Shown piece after piece: positions 1 through 10,804 of a stretch of 64,000 nucleotides of DNA (within the stretch, counting starts at the first letter, position 1; each line of letters starts with the position of its first letter). The notes below the pieces were generated by a model that searched no databases, was not told the DNA's origin, and was given only the letters and a program-made list of their open reading frames with translations. Position numbers and translations under genes: made by a program. The stretch lies in NCBI GenBank assembly GCA_039815185.1, contig JBCBZT010000001.1:128001-192000 (forward strand), given 5' to 3'. The DNA comes from Cyanobacteria bacterium P01_A01_bin.123. GTDB lineage: Bacteria > Cyanobacteriota > Cyanobacteriia > Phormidesmidales > Phormidesmidaceae.

Positions 1-161
1 GCACTGGCGTTATAGAACAGCAACAACGACAGTGCCGCGAGGCCCAAGGTGTCAAACATGTCTCGCCACAGGCCAAAGACTTTGGCCCCATAGCGCACCG
101 CAAAAAATGGCACGCTAAACAGCAACAATACCCACCAGAAAGAAAAATCAGAGAAGTTCAA
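1..161 (-). CDS. 5' part of a membrane protein, probably MBOAT-family O-acyltransferase (runs off window)
   Basis: Manual translation from TTG at 161: MNFSDFSFWWVLLLFSVPFFAVRYGAKVFGLWRDMFDTLGLAALSLLLFYNAS; resembles AlgI/DltB-type N-termini. Confidence 0.5.
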   Translation of the reverse strand, partial: MNFSDFSFWWVLLLFSVPFFAVRYGAKVFGLWRDMFDTLGLAALSLLLFYNAS

Positions 162-420
162 AAGCCTGTCTCCCCAACCGTTGCAGCTTAGAAATGCGGC
201 TCGTAAGCAAGGATGGCATCCTCGATTAAGGCATGTCCCTTTACAGGATGCCCACAGTTGTAAGTTTGAACCACCTTTTATTTAGTTTCAATCAAACAAG
301 ATTCTGCAAAAAAGGAATCCAACTGCCTATGAGCCTCACCATGTCTTTAAACAAAATAGATATTTCCACATCTGAACCTGGAGTTTTGCTGATGGGGAAA
401 CGACAGTCCTGATTGAGGTG

Positions 421-1824
421 CTACACGGCCATTGGGGAATTTTCCGTATCTAGAGTCTGCTGAATCACGAATTGGATGACTTGGCGCAATCTGGCCAGAT
501 TGCCACTGTGATCTAATGCGACTGTCAACACATAGCGCTGCTGGTCAATGCGAAACACAACTGTGGTCCCAATGACCTTAGCGTTTTGTCCCCACTTTTC
601 ACCAATCCAGATGACTCGGGGGTTATTCAATTGAGCGATCGCGCGCTGGCCAAAATCTGGATTAGACTGTCCAGCTAGGGCCACTAACAGTGCGGCGTCT
701 TGCGGTCGCTGAAACTGATAAATCTGCCGCACCATCTGGGTTAGTTCATTGGTGGTAATCCGGTTGGCACCCATTCCCAGATTGTGGCTGGGATAAGTTG
801 CGTCGCCGACTAGCTTGCTGCGAACGGTAGTAGCATCATAGCCCCGCACCTGCAGACGCTGGGCGACAAAATCCCACCCGAGATAGTCGATCAGTTCATT
901 GGCTGCAATGTTGTTGCTGTGTTTCACCATGCTGGCCATGACCTGGCGTAGGGCATACTGGTGGTTAACGCTAACGCTGTTTTCTGCGGTTTCAGTGTAG
1001 TTGTAGGGATGGATCGGTAGCGGGGTGCTCAGATCAATGCCTTGCTGGGCAACTTTATCCATCAGTGTGATCGCCAGCGGGATCTTAATCAAACTGGCAG
1101 GGCTAGCGGGGGGCACATCACCCTGGTAATCGCGACAGTCTCCGGCCTCCACTGGGCAGAGGGTGAGATGGAGAGCCGCTGGGTTAGGTAATTGGGCTGC
1201 AATGTGGTTGAACGCACTCTGTTCAACAGAATCCACTTGGGTCGCGATCGCAGCTAATATCTGGCGATAGGTCACTCCTTTAGCCTGGGCTTGATCGGCC
1301 AACACTGACTCTGAAGGAATCAGATTTAATCGGGCGATCGCCTGTCGCCAAAATCTTGCCTCTTGGTTTAAGCCAACCAGTGCAACATTGCCCCCAGATC
1401 GGGTTTGCCGATATTCATTGGCCGTTGTCGCCAATTTGAAAGCCTGGTTATAGACGGCTTCAGCCTGCTGCTCTTGGTTTAATTTGATCGCGACATGATG
1501 AACCAATTGGCGTTTAGACCAATAGGGTGCGAGCAGCTGCAAATCTTGGCTGTGGCGTAACGTTCCCCCCTCAGCTTGCCAAGTTGCTTGCAGATCATGG
1601 TATATCGTAGCGACTTCAGACACAGACTGGGCTTGCTCAAGTTGGGTCAAAATCGGATGAGTTTCAATGGTCAAAGGCGCTAGGGCGAAGGGAGCCCGAA
1701 CTGTGATCACGCCGATTGTAAGCACCAGCGTCTTCGTTGCTGTCTTTAACCAGTAGCGCACCATCTGACTCGACCCTGATTTCATTAGCGGAGACAAAAC
1801 CTGAAACAATCGCATCGATCCCAC
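421..1824 (-). CDS. Serine hydrolase, class A beta-lactamase-like, with N-terminal helical extension
   Basis: PASLIK (SxxK), SNN (SDN-like) and EKWG (KTG-like) motifs; start uncertain. Confidence 0.8.
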   Translation of the reverse strand: MGSMRLFQVLSPLMKSGSSQMVRYWLKTATKTLVLTIGVITVRAPFALAPLTIETHPILTQLEQAQSVSEVATIYHDLQATWQAEGGTLRHSQDLQLLAPYWSKRQLVHHVAIKLNQEQQAEAVYNQAFKLATTANEYRQTRSGGNVALVGLNQEARFWRQAIARLNLIPSESVLADQAQAKGVTYRQILAAIATQVDSVEQSAFNHIAAQLPNPAALHLTLCPVEAGDCRDYQGDVPPASPASLIKIPLAITLMDKVAQQGIDLSTPLPIHPYNYTETAENSVSVNHQYALRQVMASMVKHSNNIAANELIDYLGWDFVAQRLQVRGYDATTVRSKLVGDATYPSHNLGMGANRITTNELTQMVRQIYQFQRPQDAALLVALAGQSNPDFGQRAIAQLNNPRVIWIGEKWGQNAKVIGTTVVFRIDQQRYVLTVALDHSGNLARLRQVIQFVIQQTLDTENSPMAV

Positions 1825-2010
1825 TAACGGGTATTGAATAGCGAACTGTTATGGTCTTAATTTCAGACTAATATTGGCTGTGGTATTTGAGTTGTCGGCG
1901 ATGATACCGACCCAACTTTGGTCATATACTGGTAGCCTGTGGCCGCCGCTAAATCGTTGTCGATGGGTTGTTTGGTGGCCCTTAAATCTGATCAGTTTCG
2001 AGGAGTCTCC

Positions 2011-3480
2011 ATGTCATTCATCCGCGAGTTGCATTTACAGCTCACGCGCAAAGAACGCACTGCTGTCGAAATCACCACAGCATACTTGGAACGGATTCAA
2101 ACCCTCGAACCCCAACTCCACAGTTTTTTGTCGGTCACTGCCGATCACGCCCTTGCCCAAGCTCAAATCGTTGATGACAACATTGCTGCGGGCGAGTCCA
2201 TTGGGCTACTGGCGGGCATTCCCCTGGGGCTCAAAGACAATCTCTGCACCCGGGGTATTCCCACCACCTGTGCCTCCAAAATTTTGGAAAACTTTGTGCC
2301 CCCTTACGAATCGACAGTTACCCAGCGCTTGGGTGATGCTGGGGCCGTTTGTTTGGGCAAAACCAATCTAGATGAGTTCGCCATGGGCGGCTCTACTGAA
2401 AATTCCGCGTTTGATCGCACCGCCAATCCGTGGGATTTGGATCGCGTACCGGGGGGCTCATCTGGGGGATCCGCCGCTGCTGTGGCCGCCGATGAATGTG
2501 TTGCTGCCCTAGGATCCGACACGGGCGGTTCTATTCGCCAGCCCGCTGCGCTGTGCGGCATTGTCGGCATGAAACCCACCTACGGCCTGGTGTCTCGCTA
2601 TGGGTTAGTCGCTTTTGCCTCTTCCCTCGATCAAATTGGCCCCCTAGCTCGCAGTGTAGAAGATGCGGCAATTTTGCTGGAAGCGATCGCAGGTCATGAC
2701 CCCAAAGACTCCACTAGCATTAATATCAAAACCCCCAATTATATCAAAGCGCTACGCCCCAGCCTAGAACAGCGTGGCAAGCGCCGCATTGGGGTAATTA
2801 AAGAAACCTTTGGCAGTGGTCTTGATCCAGAAGTAGAAGCCACGGTTGAAAAAGCCATCCAGCAACTTCAAGATCTGGGAGCAGAAATTCAGGTGATTTC
2901 ATGCCCCCAATTTCGCTATGGGGTGCCGACTTATTACATCATTGCCCCCTCAGAGGCGTCTTCTAACCTGGCGCGTTTCGACGGCGTCCGCTATGGATTG
3001 CGCCACCCCGAAGAAAACTTGATGGAGATGTATACCAAAACCCGCGCTGCTGGCTTTGGCCCAGAGGTGAAACGACGGATCATGATTGGTACCTACGCGC
3101 TGTCGGCGGGCTACTACGACGCTTACTATCTCAAGGCGCAAAAAGTCAGAACTTTGATTAAAGAAGACTTTGAGCGCGCCTTTAACCAGGTAGATGCACT
3201 GGTGTGTCCCACGTCCCCGACGACTGCCTTCAAGGCTGGGGAAAAGACTGACGATCCCCTCAGCATGTACCTGCTCGACTTGATGACGATTCCGGTCAAT
3301 TTAGCTGGATTACCTTCTATCAGCGTGCCCTGTGGATTTGATCAGGGCGGTTTACCGATTGGTATGCAGTTGATTGGTAATGTGCTGCAAGAATCGACGC
3401 TGTTTGAAATTGCCCATGCCTACGAGCAGGCAACGGAGTGGCATAAAAAATCTCCTGTGATTCTCCATGATGTTAGGTAG
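2011..3480 (+). CDS. gatA: Asp-tRNA(Asn)/Glu-tRNA(Gln) amidotransferase subunit A
   Basis: Amidase signature [51 protein letters not shown] before ATG 2011. Confidence 0.97.
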   Translation: MSFIRELHLQLTRKERTAVEITTAYLERIQTLEPQLHSFLSVTADHALAQAQIVDDNIAAGESIGLLAGIPLGLKDNLCTRGIPTTCASKILENFVPPYESTVTQRLGDAGAVCLGKTNLDEFAMGGSTENSAFDRTANPWDLDRVPGGSSGGSAAAVAADECVAALGSDTGGSIRQPAALCGIVGMKPTYGLVSRYGLVAFASSLDQIGPLARSVEDAAILLEAIAGHDPKDSTSINIKTPNYIKALRPSLEQRGKRRIGVIKETFGSGLDPEVEATVEKAIQQLQDLGAEIQVISCPQFRYGVPTYYIIAPSEASSNLARFDGVRYGLRHPEENLMEMYTKTRAAGFGPEVKRRIMIGTYALSAGYYDAYYLKAQKVRTLIKEDFERAFNQVDALVCPTSPTTAFKAGEKTDDPLSMYLLDLMTIPVNLAGLPSISVPCGFDQGGLPIGMQLIGNVLQESTLFEIAHAYEQATEWHKKSPVILHDVR

Positions 3481-4351
3481 ACTTCGAGGATTTTCGGTAT
3501 GGGCGGGCTTAGGCGCGATCGCTTACGGCTTAGCCTGTACCTGGTTAGCCTGGCGACAAAGCCATTTGCTTTACTTCCCTGATGCAGAATTAGACGAAAC
3601 CCCAGCTCTGCTCAATCTCCTCCACGAAACAGTGGAGATCCCTGTGGGTCAGGGTAATGCAGCGGGTAATTTATATGGCTGGTGGTTGCCCATACAAGAT
3701 TCAGAGCAGGTACTCCTCTATTTTCATGGCAACGGCGGCAACATTAGCAGCAATTTGAGCCACGCCCAGCGCTTTAACCGCATGGGGTTTTCAGTATTGC
3801 TCATGGACTATCGTGGCTATGGTCAAAGTACGGGGCCATTTCCTTCAGAAGCTCGATTTTATGAAGATGCCGCTGCCATGTGGCAATACCTGATTGAGAC
3901 CCGAGGGATAGTGCCAGAGCAGATCGTGCTTTATGGTCATTCTTTGGGGGGCGCGATCGCGATTCAACTCGCTAGCCAATATCCCGGCGCTCGGGCTTTA
4001 GTCGCGCAAGGCAGCTTTACGTCCATGCGTGATATGGCTCGCCTGACCTGGTACGAGAACTTATTTCCGATTGACTGGTTGCTAACCCAGCGGTTTGAGT
4101 CTATTGATCGGGTACCTCAATTGACGCTACCGATTCTATTTATTCACGGCGATAGCGACACCACTATCCCCGCAGCCATGAGTCAAAGTCTTTATCAAGC
4201 GACTTCTGCCAATAAGGAACTGTGGATTGTTGCCGATGCCGATCACAATAACGTTGCGGGCATCGCCGGAGACGAATATCTCCGCCGCATTCAGGCCTTT
4301 CTTGACGAACATAACGCCATTTCTAGTGCAGTTTCAGCTAGCCTTGACTGA
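3467..4351 (+). CDS. Alpha/beta hydrolase with N-terminal membrane anchor (ABHD-like)
   Basis: FHGNGGN, DYRGYG, GHSLGG nucleophile elbow, HGDSD, DHN. Confidence 0.9.
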   Translation: MMLGRLRGFSVWAGLGAIAYGLACTWLAWRQSHLLYFPDAELDETPALLNLLHETVEIPVGQGNAAGNLYGWWLPIQDSEQVLLYFHGNGGNISSNLSHAQRFNRMGFSVLLMDYRGYGQSTGPFPSEARFYEDAAAMWQYLIETRGIVPEQIVLYGHSLGGAIAIQLASQYPGARALVAQGSFTSMRDMARLTWYENLFPIDWLLTQRFESIDRVPQLTLPILFIHGDSDTTIPAAMSQSLYQATSANKELWIVADADHNNVAGIAGDEYLRRIQAFLDEHNAISSAVSASLD

Positions 4352-4454
4352 CTTAAGCTTGTATAAAAATGATTCAAATTCCAGTCGCACCCGACATTTT
4401 GAAGCAACACTATGCTATCGAACGCTTGACTTCGAAACAAAAATGGTAGACATG

Positions 4455-6635
4455 TTACGGCAATTCTATGACTGCTATTTCGTCACCATAGGAACTATCT
4501 GAAGTTGAGGTTATTATGGCTTCTTTGCCATCTTCAGAGAAGGTAATCTCGGGTGTTTTATCTTCAGCATCATGATCACTGATAGTCTGTTCAAGATTAC
4601 CTGAATTTAAGTTCCAAACTTGAATACTTCCAAAATAAGGAGATACCTCGATTTGTTGTTGAGCAGAAGATGGTTCTCCACGATAATTTTGTTCAAAGCT
4701 GTTGTGATAAGTAACTGTGATCAAATGCTCTTCATTAGGGCTTACTGCTAAGGGAACACTAAATGATGCATCATCGACCGCTCCCAATTCTTGAATATAT
4801 TCTCCTGTTCTAAAGTCATGTAGCTTGACTTTAAAGTCATTGGTATCTACGTAGCCTATCTGATAGCTTTCATTTCTTATAAAAGCTCTTCTGCCCGCAA
4901 AATGGAACGCTAATTCCTTGGAATCAATATTCCAAAATTGAAATCCTCCGATTGCAAGATCTTCATTCGAGATTTCTTGGTAGAGTTTGGGATCCGTTGG
5001 GCAATATTGTAGGTAAAATATTGCGGTGTCCATTGGACTGTAGTACTCAGGAACATATCCAAACGTACAGATTTGAGGATCGTATACCAAAACGGCGAAG
5101 TCCTTCCCTGACGTTATTGCATAATCATATAAAAGTGCTTCAATGGCTGGATCTCCAAGCTTTAAGTCTGACCAAGCAACTTCAATATCACCAAATAAAT
5201 ACTCTTCCTCTACAGAAATATTTTGGCTATGTTGTATTACGGAGAGCTGTTGTCTTGGTAAATGACTTGTTTGAATATTGAGAATCCTGTTCTGAATTGG
5301 ATCTGGTGTAGTATTAGGAGAGTTTGATAGCTCTTGTCCGCCTAGAGCCTCTTCTCCTAAACCTTCTTGCCCTAATAAAGGATCTGATTCTAATGTCGAA
5401 TTGGTTGTGAATAATACACCTAAGAATCCTAATATTAGAGCTATTGGCAGTGCTAACAAGAAAAAAGTCAGCGCTTTATTTTTATTTTTTTGAGGTAAAC
5501 CTCTACTATCTTTGGCTATCGCTTCTACTGGTTCTTGAGTTTGGAGCTGTAAACTAGATATACCAACCGCTGGGAATGTATTAGCTTCTACGAACGGTAA
5601 TGAAGTAGATGGAATTGAGTCTTGTTCAGTTTGATTCCACTTTGCAGATTCATTTCCTCTGAACTGACTTAAAAATACTGGCTGTGTAGAGGCTGAACTT
5701 TTGAGTTTAGATGGGTTTGCTACCGATTGGGAGCTAGAGAGATCTTCACTTTCAGCTAAGAATCTTTCTAAATCTGCAAGGAGTTCTGCGACAGACTGAT
5801 AGCGATGATTCGTGGCAGGCTGAATCATCTTATCGATAATCCGGGCAAAATCATCATCTACTGAACTGGTTAAATAATCTCGCCAGACCCAAGCATAAGT
5901 CCCGCTATCAAACAAATCAAAGGGGGACATGTTGGTCATTAAATGTAGGCAAGTCGTACCTAAGCCATAGATATCACTGGCAAAAGCGGCTTTCCCTTTT
6001 GCTTGCTCAGGCGCAGTGTATTCAGCGCTGCCAATAACGGTACCGGTTTTAACCAGGGCAGTTTCAGTGGCTTGTTTGGCCGCACCCAGATCAACTAAAA
6101 ACAGTTCGTAATCTTTTTTACGACAAATGATATTAGCAGGTTTGATATCACGATGGATGACTTTATTCTGGTGGATGAAATTTAAGGTGGGGAGAACTTT
6201 GCTGAGTAGCTGTAGAATTCTGCGTTGACTGTAAGTTTTCCCTTGTTTAAGCTCCTGTCGCAAATCTTGACCATCAATAAATTCTTGGATTAAGTACTGA
6301 TGTCCGTCTTGTTCAAAGTGGTCAAATAAACTGGGGATGTGGGCATGCTGTCCTAGCTTTTCAAGCTGGCGTGCTTCTTGCTGAAATAGGTCAATAACTT
6401 TTTCGGAAGAATGATGAAGTTTTGTAGACTGAAAGAGTTGCTTAATTACACAAGAACGCTGCACCGTAAGGGATGTGTCGATTGCTAAGAACGTTCGACC
6501 AAAGCCACCTTGACCCAGCAATTTAATGGCAGTGTAACGGTTGTTTAATAGCAGTGGTGTGTTACAAGTTTGGCAGACTGGCGACTCGTTAGAGTTTACA
6601 GGGGCAGTGCATTCCGGATTGAGACAATAGTGCAT
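4455..6635 (-). CDS. Membrane Ser/Thr protein kinase with C-terminal extracytoplasmic (WD40-like) domain
   Basis: N-terminal YCLNPEC..CQTC zinc knuckle, LGQGGFG, HRDIKPAN, DLG, APE; TM segment FFLLALPIALILGFLGVLF; C-terminal IQVWNLNSG. Confidence 0.9.
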   Translation of the reverse strand: MHYCLNPECTAPVNSNESPVCQTCNTPLLLNNRYTAIKLLGQGGFGRTFLAIDTSLTVQRSCVIKQLFQSTKLHHSSEKVIDLFQQEARQLEKLGQHAHIPSLFDHFEQDGHQYLIQEFIDGQDLRQELKQGKTYSQRRILQLLSKVLPTLNFIHQNKVIHRDIKPANIICRKKDYELFLVDLGAAKQATETALVKTGTVIGSAEYTAPEQAKGKAAFASDIYGLGTTCLHLMTNMSPFDLFDSGTYAWVWRDYLTSSVDDDFARIIDKMIQPATNHRYQSVAELLADLERFLAESEDLSSSQSVANPSKLKSSASTQPVFLSQFRGNESAKWNQTEQDSIPSTSLPFVEANTFPAVGISSLQLQTQEPVEAIAKDSRGLPQKNKNKALTFFLLALPIALILGFLGVLFTTNSTLESDPLLGQEGLGEEALGGQELSNSPNTTPDPIQNRILNIQTSHLPRQQLSVIQHSQNISVEEEYLFGDIEVAWSDLKLGDPAIEALLYDYAITSGKDFAVLVYDPQICTFGYVPEYYSPMDTAIFYLQYCPTDPKLYQEISNEDLAIGGFQFWNIDSKELAFHFAGRRAFIRNESYQIGYVDTNDFKVKLHDFRTGEYIQELGAVDDASFSVPLAVSPNEEHLITVTYHNSFEQNYRGEPSSAQQQIEVSPYFGSIQVWNLNSGNLEQTISDHDAEDKTPEITFSEDGKEAIITSTSDSSYGDEIAVIELP

Positions 6636-6764
6636 GGGTAGACTGGTAAGGCTTTATCGATTTAAAGTAAGGGTCTCAGTGATGAGGATTTCTGAGATTT
6701 CATCTATATTTGCTGTTGACTGCCTGCTGACATCAGCTTAGCCTTTCTAATTGAGCTGAGTGCA

Positions 6765-6804
6765 TCCCGTTTTTGCAAGCCATGGCTGGGTAGAAACTTG
6801 GCAG
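6765..6804 (+). repeat. 40-bp direct repeat, copy 1
   Basis: tcccgtttttgcaagccatggctgggtagaaacttggcag; 37/40 identical to 7511-7550. Confidence 0.85.
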
Positions 6805-7039
6805 GGATGTTATCACGCGAAAGTGACAGATCAGATCCAAAAGTGTGGATCTAATCCCTCAGATCTGACGGTGAATTGATAGTTAGGTGGGCACCTTCTC
6901 AGAGAGAACAGTACTGGCAATCATCCGTAATGCCCGGTCTCAAGCTTGTAGAGTATTGATGCTAAGCACTTGATCTACTGAAGGATCTTTGCAATTTTTA
7001 AAACCTTATCTATCGGAGTACTTCTTTGGAGCGGGAATC

Positions 7040-7498
7040 ATGGATACAACTATGAGAGCAAGAACATATACCAAAGTTGCAAAATGGTATAACCTAGCTT
7101 GTCTAGCATTCACCACTCTTAGCTCAGTCATTCTGTTGACTTCAATTGTATTGGATCCATACAACTTTGGTACAACTACTGATCAAGTATTTCGGTCAAT
7201 TGCTATTACGTTAGCTGGAATTGCTGGAATAGTAGGCATGATTCAAGACAAGCAATGGGCCAAATGGGTCACGATCTTTGTCTATGGCTTATATATCTTT
7301 GCTGCCATCCAAGGTCTAATCATTTCGTTCTCACTAGATCCTGTTCATATACTATTCTTGCTCGACAAAAACAGAGTGATAGCCTTAAGACTAGTGCATT
7401 TGACTGCGATATTGATGTTTTCAATCGGGGTTATATTGTTTTTGCAAAAACCCCATCTGAGAGGCAATGTAGGAGAAGGCAAAGAATTGGAAGAGTGA
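7040..7498 (+). CDS. Hypothetical membrane protein (about 4 TM segments)
   Basis: ORF with four hydrophobic segments; AT-rich. Confidence 0.65.
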   Translation: MDTTMRARTYTKVAKWYNLACLAFTTLSSVILLTSIVLDPYNFGTTTDQVFRSIAITLAGIAGIVGMIQDKQWAKWVTIFVYGLYIFAAIQGLIISFSLDPVHILFLLDKNRVIALRLVHLTAILMFSIGVILFLQKPHLRGNVGEGKELEE

Positions 7499-7510
7499 GT
7501 TAACCTGTAG

Positions 7511-7550
7511 TCCCGTTTTTGCAAGCTATTGCTGGGTAGAGACTTGGCAG
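7511..7550 (+). repeat. 40-bp direct repeat, copy 2
   Basis: tcccgtttttgcaagctattgctgggtagagacttggcag. Confidence 0.85.
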
Positions 7551-8001
7551 AATCGTCTCTCTTTGCACGACAAAAAGTTTAATGAACAAGTTGAATGGGA
7601 GTTAAGGCAATTGACCATAACGCGATCGCATCCCAGTCCTTCATTCCACCGGACTGTTCTGGAAGTGGCTTAGTCGAAGAAATTCCCTGACTTGATCAAG
7701 CAGATGAGGTGGCTTGGATGGTGTCATTGTAAATGTCGTATAACTCCATTTAGGAAGCACTTATCTGTCTGTCGAAAGTGATCCATAACAGCCTACTTCC
7801 TCGGAGCTGTCCGACAAATATTCTGTATAAGTTCTATGAATGGAGGTGTTTCACGCAAAAATGGCGGATCAGATCCATCCTTCCGGATCTGATCTGCTAG
7901 ATCTAACAATGAATATATAGCTAACAATCCATGCGCTGTAGGCGATTGCTCGAAGAGAATACAAGCATCGCAATTGGCGATCGCCTATTTTATTAGAGCT
8001 T

Positions 8002-8280
8002 CTAGCGTTTCTTTCCGTCGCACTGTTTAAACTTTTTCCCACGATGATACCAATAAGGCTCATTCTTTTTCGGTTGGAGGGGCGGTCACATATCCCCATC
8101 GGGGTAAAAACATTTGCCTCTTTCCTTAATAAAGCGCAATCGCTCGTGGAGTTAAGCGGCATCTTTCTCTTCTTGGTACACTGCGACAAACTCAACAACA
8201 CCTGTTTCATCTTCAGGTTGCTCTGCTTCGGTTGCGAGTACGGTTAAACCCAGCTATTTCACGCTATGGGTAGTAGCTGT
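8002..8280 (-). pseudogene. ychJ: Decayed YchJ/SEC-C paralog fragment
   Basis: Manual translation *LGLTVLATEAEQPEDETGVVEFVAVYQEEKDAA*LHERLRFIKERGKCFYPDGDM*PPLQPKR/NEPYWYHRGKKFKQCDGK aligns with intact YchJ at 60119-60583; three stops plus a frameshift. Confidence 0.85.
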
Positions 8281-8392
8281 AATCAGCCCATAAATTTCTT
8301 ACTCGCATATGCAACAATATCTCTTTTCTCATAGTATGGAACAAAGCCCAAACGAAAAAGTTGAGCTAATTTCAGAAAATTCCAATAAAAAC

Positions 8393-8776
8393 TCACTTGA
8401 TGATCGTGTAAGTCAGAGTCCAATTCAACGGTTCTTTTAGCTGGTTGAACAAACCTCTGAGGATCATTAAGAGAGCAACACGAGTTTTAAGACATACTTT
8501 CAATGTAACGTAACCAGGTTTCGCAGGATAACAATATATTGCTGTCTTTACCATGCTCTTTTCTTTACGATAGCTACCTGCCCCCTTAACAGTGAGCATA
8601 ACAGGAAATTTAATCTGTCTCTGGTATGGAAGTATGAATATCCCGTATACATTATGACGACCTCTCCAAGGTTGAGCGAAAACCACATTTGGATGCTCAG
8701 AAAAAACCTGACCGTTGCCTAGAAAAGATGCGTCCTTGCATCGGGGATTTAAAACTTTTTTCAAATCTCTAAACAT
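8393..8776 (-). CDS. Hypothetical protein
   Basis: 127-aa AT-rich ORF starting about 30 bp downstream of the dioxygenase gene, same strand. Confidence 0.65.
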   Translation of the reverse strand: MFRDLKKVLNPRCKDASFLGNGQVFSEHPNVVFAQPWRGRHNVYGIFILPYQRQIKFPVMLTVKGAGSYRKEKSMVKTAIYCYPAKPGYVTLKVCLKTRVALLMILRGLFNQLKEPLNWTLTYTIIK

Positions 8777-8807
8777 AAAAATATTTGTAAAAATACACGG
8801 AGAAAAT

Positions 8808-9773
8808 TTATGCTATTTGTCTTAAGAGGGAGGGATCCTTCAGGTCGTTATGAAGTCCGTAGTCTGAGGTAGCAAACTGTATTTGTAACATTAATCGATC
8901 TCGACAAATGGGTCGAGTTGCTTTGTGGTAGCAAAACGTATCCTCGGCGAATCCAAATCCTTTATTGCCAATCACAGTAACTATATTGTCTGATCCGTAA
9001 GAATTACGAATTTCATCATCTCCACGTCGCTTCACTGGCATCAGTACATGCGACAGTTTTTTACTCGTGTGGCTACCACGAACACAGATGTGAGGACCGC
9101 TCTTAGAATCAACATCAGTTAAATAAAAGAAAAACCTAAGGCATGCATAATCATCCAAATCATAATGGAAGAAAGTTATGGTTTGATTGGAATCATAAGG
9201 TTGCTCGTCATTAACGGCAAAAGTCCACCAAAGGCGACTTCCGGTAAAAATAGGCTTAGCTCTCAAATAGGAAGCAGCAATTTCGAGTAATTGTGAATCA
9301 CGACTCAGCTCATAAATCTCCGAACAAAGTACACTCGTATTATAGTACTGAGCCATAAAGAAGGTGTAGCCATGCTCTTTTTCAACTCTACCTTTCTCAG
9401 AGTAGTAGAAGCCAAGCCTAGAATTTTGATTTCCATAACATGTCGTCGACAATGCAAAATCAAAGATTCTATTTAAGTGATTTTGTGGCAGTTGAATGCC
9501 AAGATAAAGCCCGTTTTGGTTGAGCGAATTTACAATCTCTGTCACGTTAATATCTCTAAAAATAGATAATGAATTTTTGGGTTGATGATCTTTAGATTTT
9601 GAACTTCTTAAAAAAGCTACTACGGCATAACGAATAATAGTAAACCTTCCTAGGATAGACATAATAATCCAGCTTGGATTCTTGAATCCCTTGATGAAGT
9701 AAGCCCATAACCTTAGCCATATTTCCGTGAGATAACCTCGGAAAAACACTGATTGTTCATATCTGATAGACAT
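8808..9773 (-). CDS. Fe(II)/2-oxoglutarate dioxygenase, PhyH-like
   Basis: FHYDLD (HxD), FFYLTDV..SGPH.CV.GSH, distal YHKA and RLMLQ. Confidence 0.8.
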   Translation of the reverse strand: MSIRYEQSVFFRGYLTEIWLRLWAYFIKGFKNPSWIIMSILGRFTIIRYAVVAFLRSSKSKDHQPKNSLSIFRDINVTEIVNSLNQNGLYLGIQLPQNHLNRIFDFALSTTCYGNQNSRLGFYYSEKGRVEKEHGYTFFMAQYYNTSVLCSEIYELSRDSQLLEIAASYLRAKPIFTGSRLWWTFAVNDEQPYDSNQTITFFHYDLDDYACLRFFFYLTDVDSKSGPHICVRGSHTSKKLSHVLMPVKRRGDDEIRNSYGSDNIVTVIGNKGFGFAEDTFCYHKATRPICRDRLMLQIQFATSDYGLHNDLKDPSLLRQIA

Positions 9774-9995
9774 AACTCTTAAAAACTAAAATTTCAGTAT
9801 TGCATACGTTTATTTTATTTAAGTTGTTTATTATGTCTAGAATCTTCATCTCATATTCTTTGAATCTTTAAATTTGGCTTTCTTTCAACATATGAATCGA
9901 TCGAAGAAAATAATTCTCAGCGCTGAGGGAATTTGTGATGATGAATCCCCACTTTTTGCGGACATGAATTTTAGAGAGTTGATAGTTCTTTATTG

Positions 9996-10804
9996 GGTAG
10001 TACTCAAGGAGTAATGATGGAATTATTAAAGTGAGATCGCAATCATTGCATCCTACCTATGCCCAGTTGCCCCAAATGTAGCGCCGAGCGCACCGTCAAA
10101 AACGGGCGTATCCATACAGGCAAGCAGCGTTTCCTCTGCCGACGCTGCGGTTATCAATTCGTCGAAAATCCTACCGATAAACGCATTGACCAGGCCACTC
10201 GGGCGTTGATAGACCGATTGTTGCTGGAGCGGCTCTCCATGGCAGGCATTGCCCGAGCAGTACAAGTCTCAGAGCAGTGGCTCCAAGATTACGTCAACTG
10301 CAAAGCGGCTCAATCGGCTCAGCAAGCTCAAGTGCAGCCCCAAAAAAGGGGGCTTCGACGGTGTAATGTGTTGGCGAAGCCTGCCGAAGGCTTTGAACTC
10401 TGGTCGTTTGTTGACCACAAGGGAAACAAGCAGTGGGTGTGGTTAGCCCTTGATGTCGAGACCCGAGAGATCATTGCTGCTCAGGTTGGCAATCGAGGGC
10501 AAGGCAGTGCTCAACAGCTCTGGGATGCGCTACCCAAGGTCTATCGCCACTGTGCCGTCATCTATACCGATGCCTGGGAAGCCTATCAAGCAGTGTTGCC
10601 GTCCAAGCGCCATCGAGTGGTCTCTAAAGAGAGTGGCAAAAAGAGAGTGGCAAAACTAGTTATATTGAACGCTTCAACTGCACCTTGCGGCAGCGAATCT
10701 CACGCTTTGTCCGACGTAATCTGGCCTTTTCCAAGACGCTGCGCAATCATATTGGCTTACTGTGGAATTTCATTCACCACTACAATGCATCATTACCCCT
10801 TTAG
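9996..10804 (+). mobile_element. IS1-family insertion sequence, inactivated
   Basis: InsA zinc ribbon (CPKC..KNG..QRFLCRRC), A6 frameshift site, InsB motifs (ELWSFV, YTDAW). Left IR ggtagtactcaaggagtaatgatg; right IR catcattacccctttag lacks the last 7 bp. Internal insertion and 14-bp duplication disrupt InsB. Confidence 0.9.

Noticed and set aside
7869..8247. Short ORFs 7869-8210 and 8044-8247
   Set aside because: Alternative frames over the ychJ pseudogene
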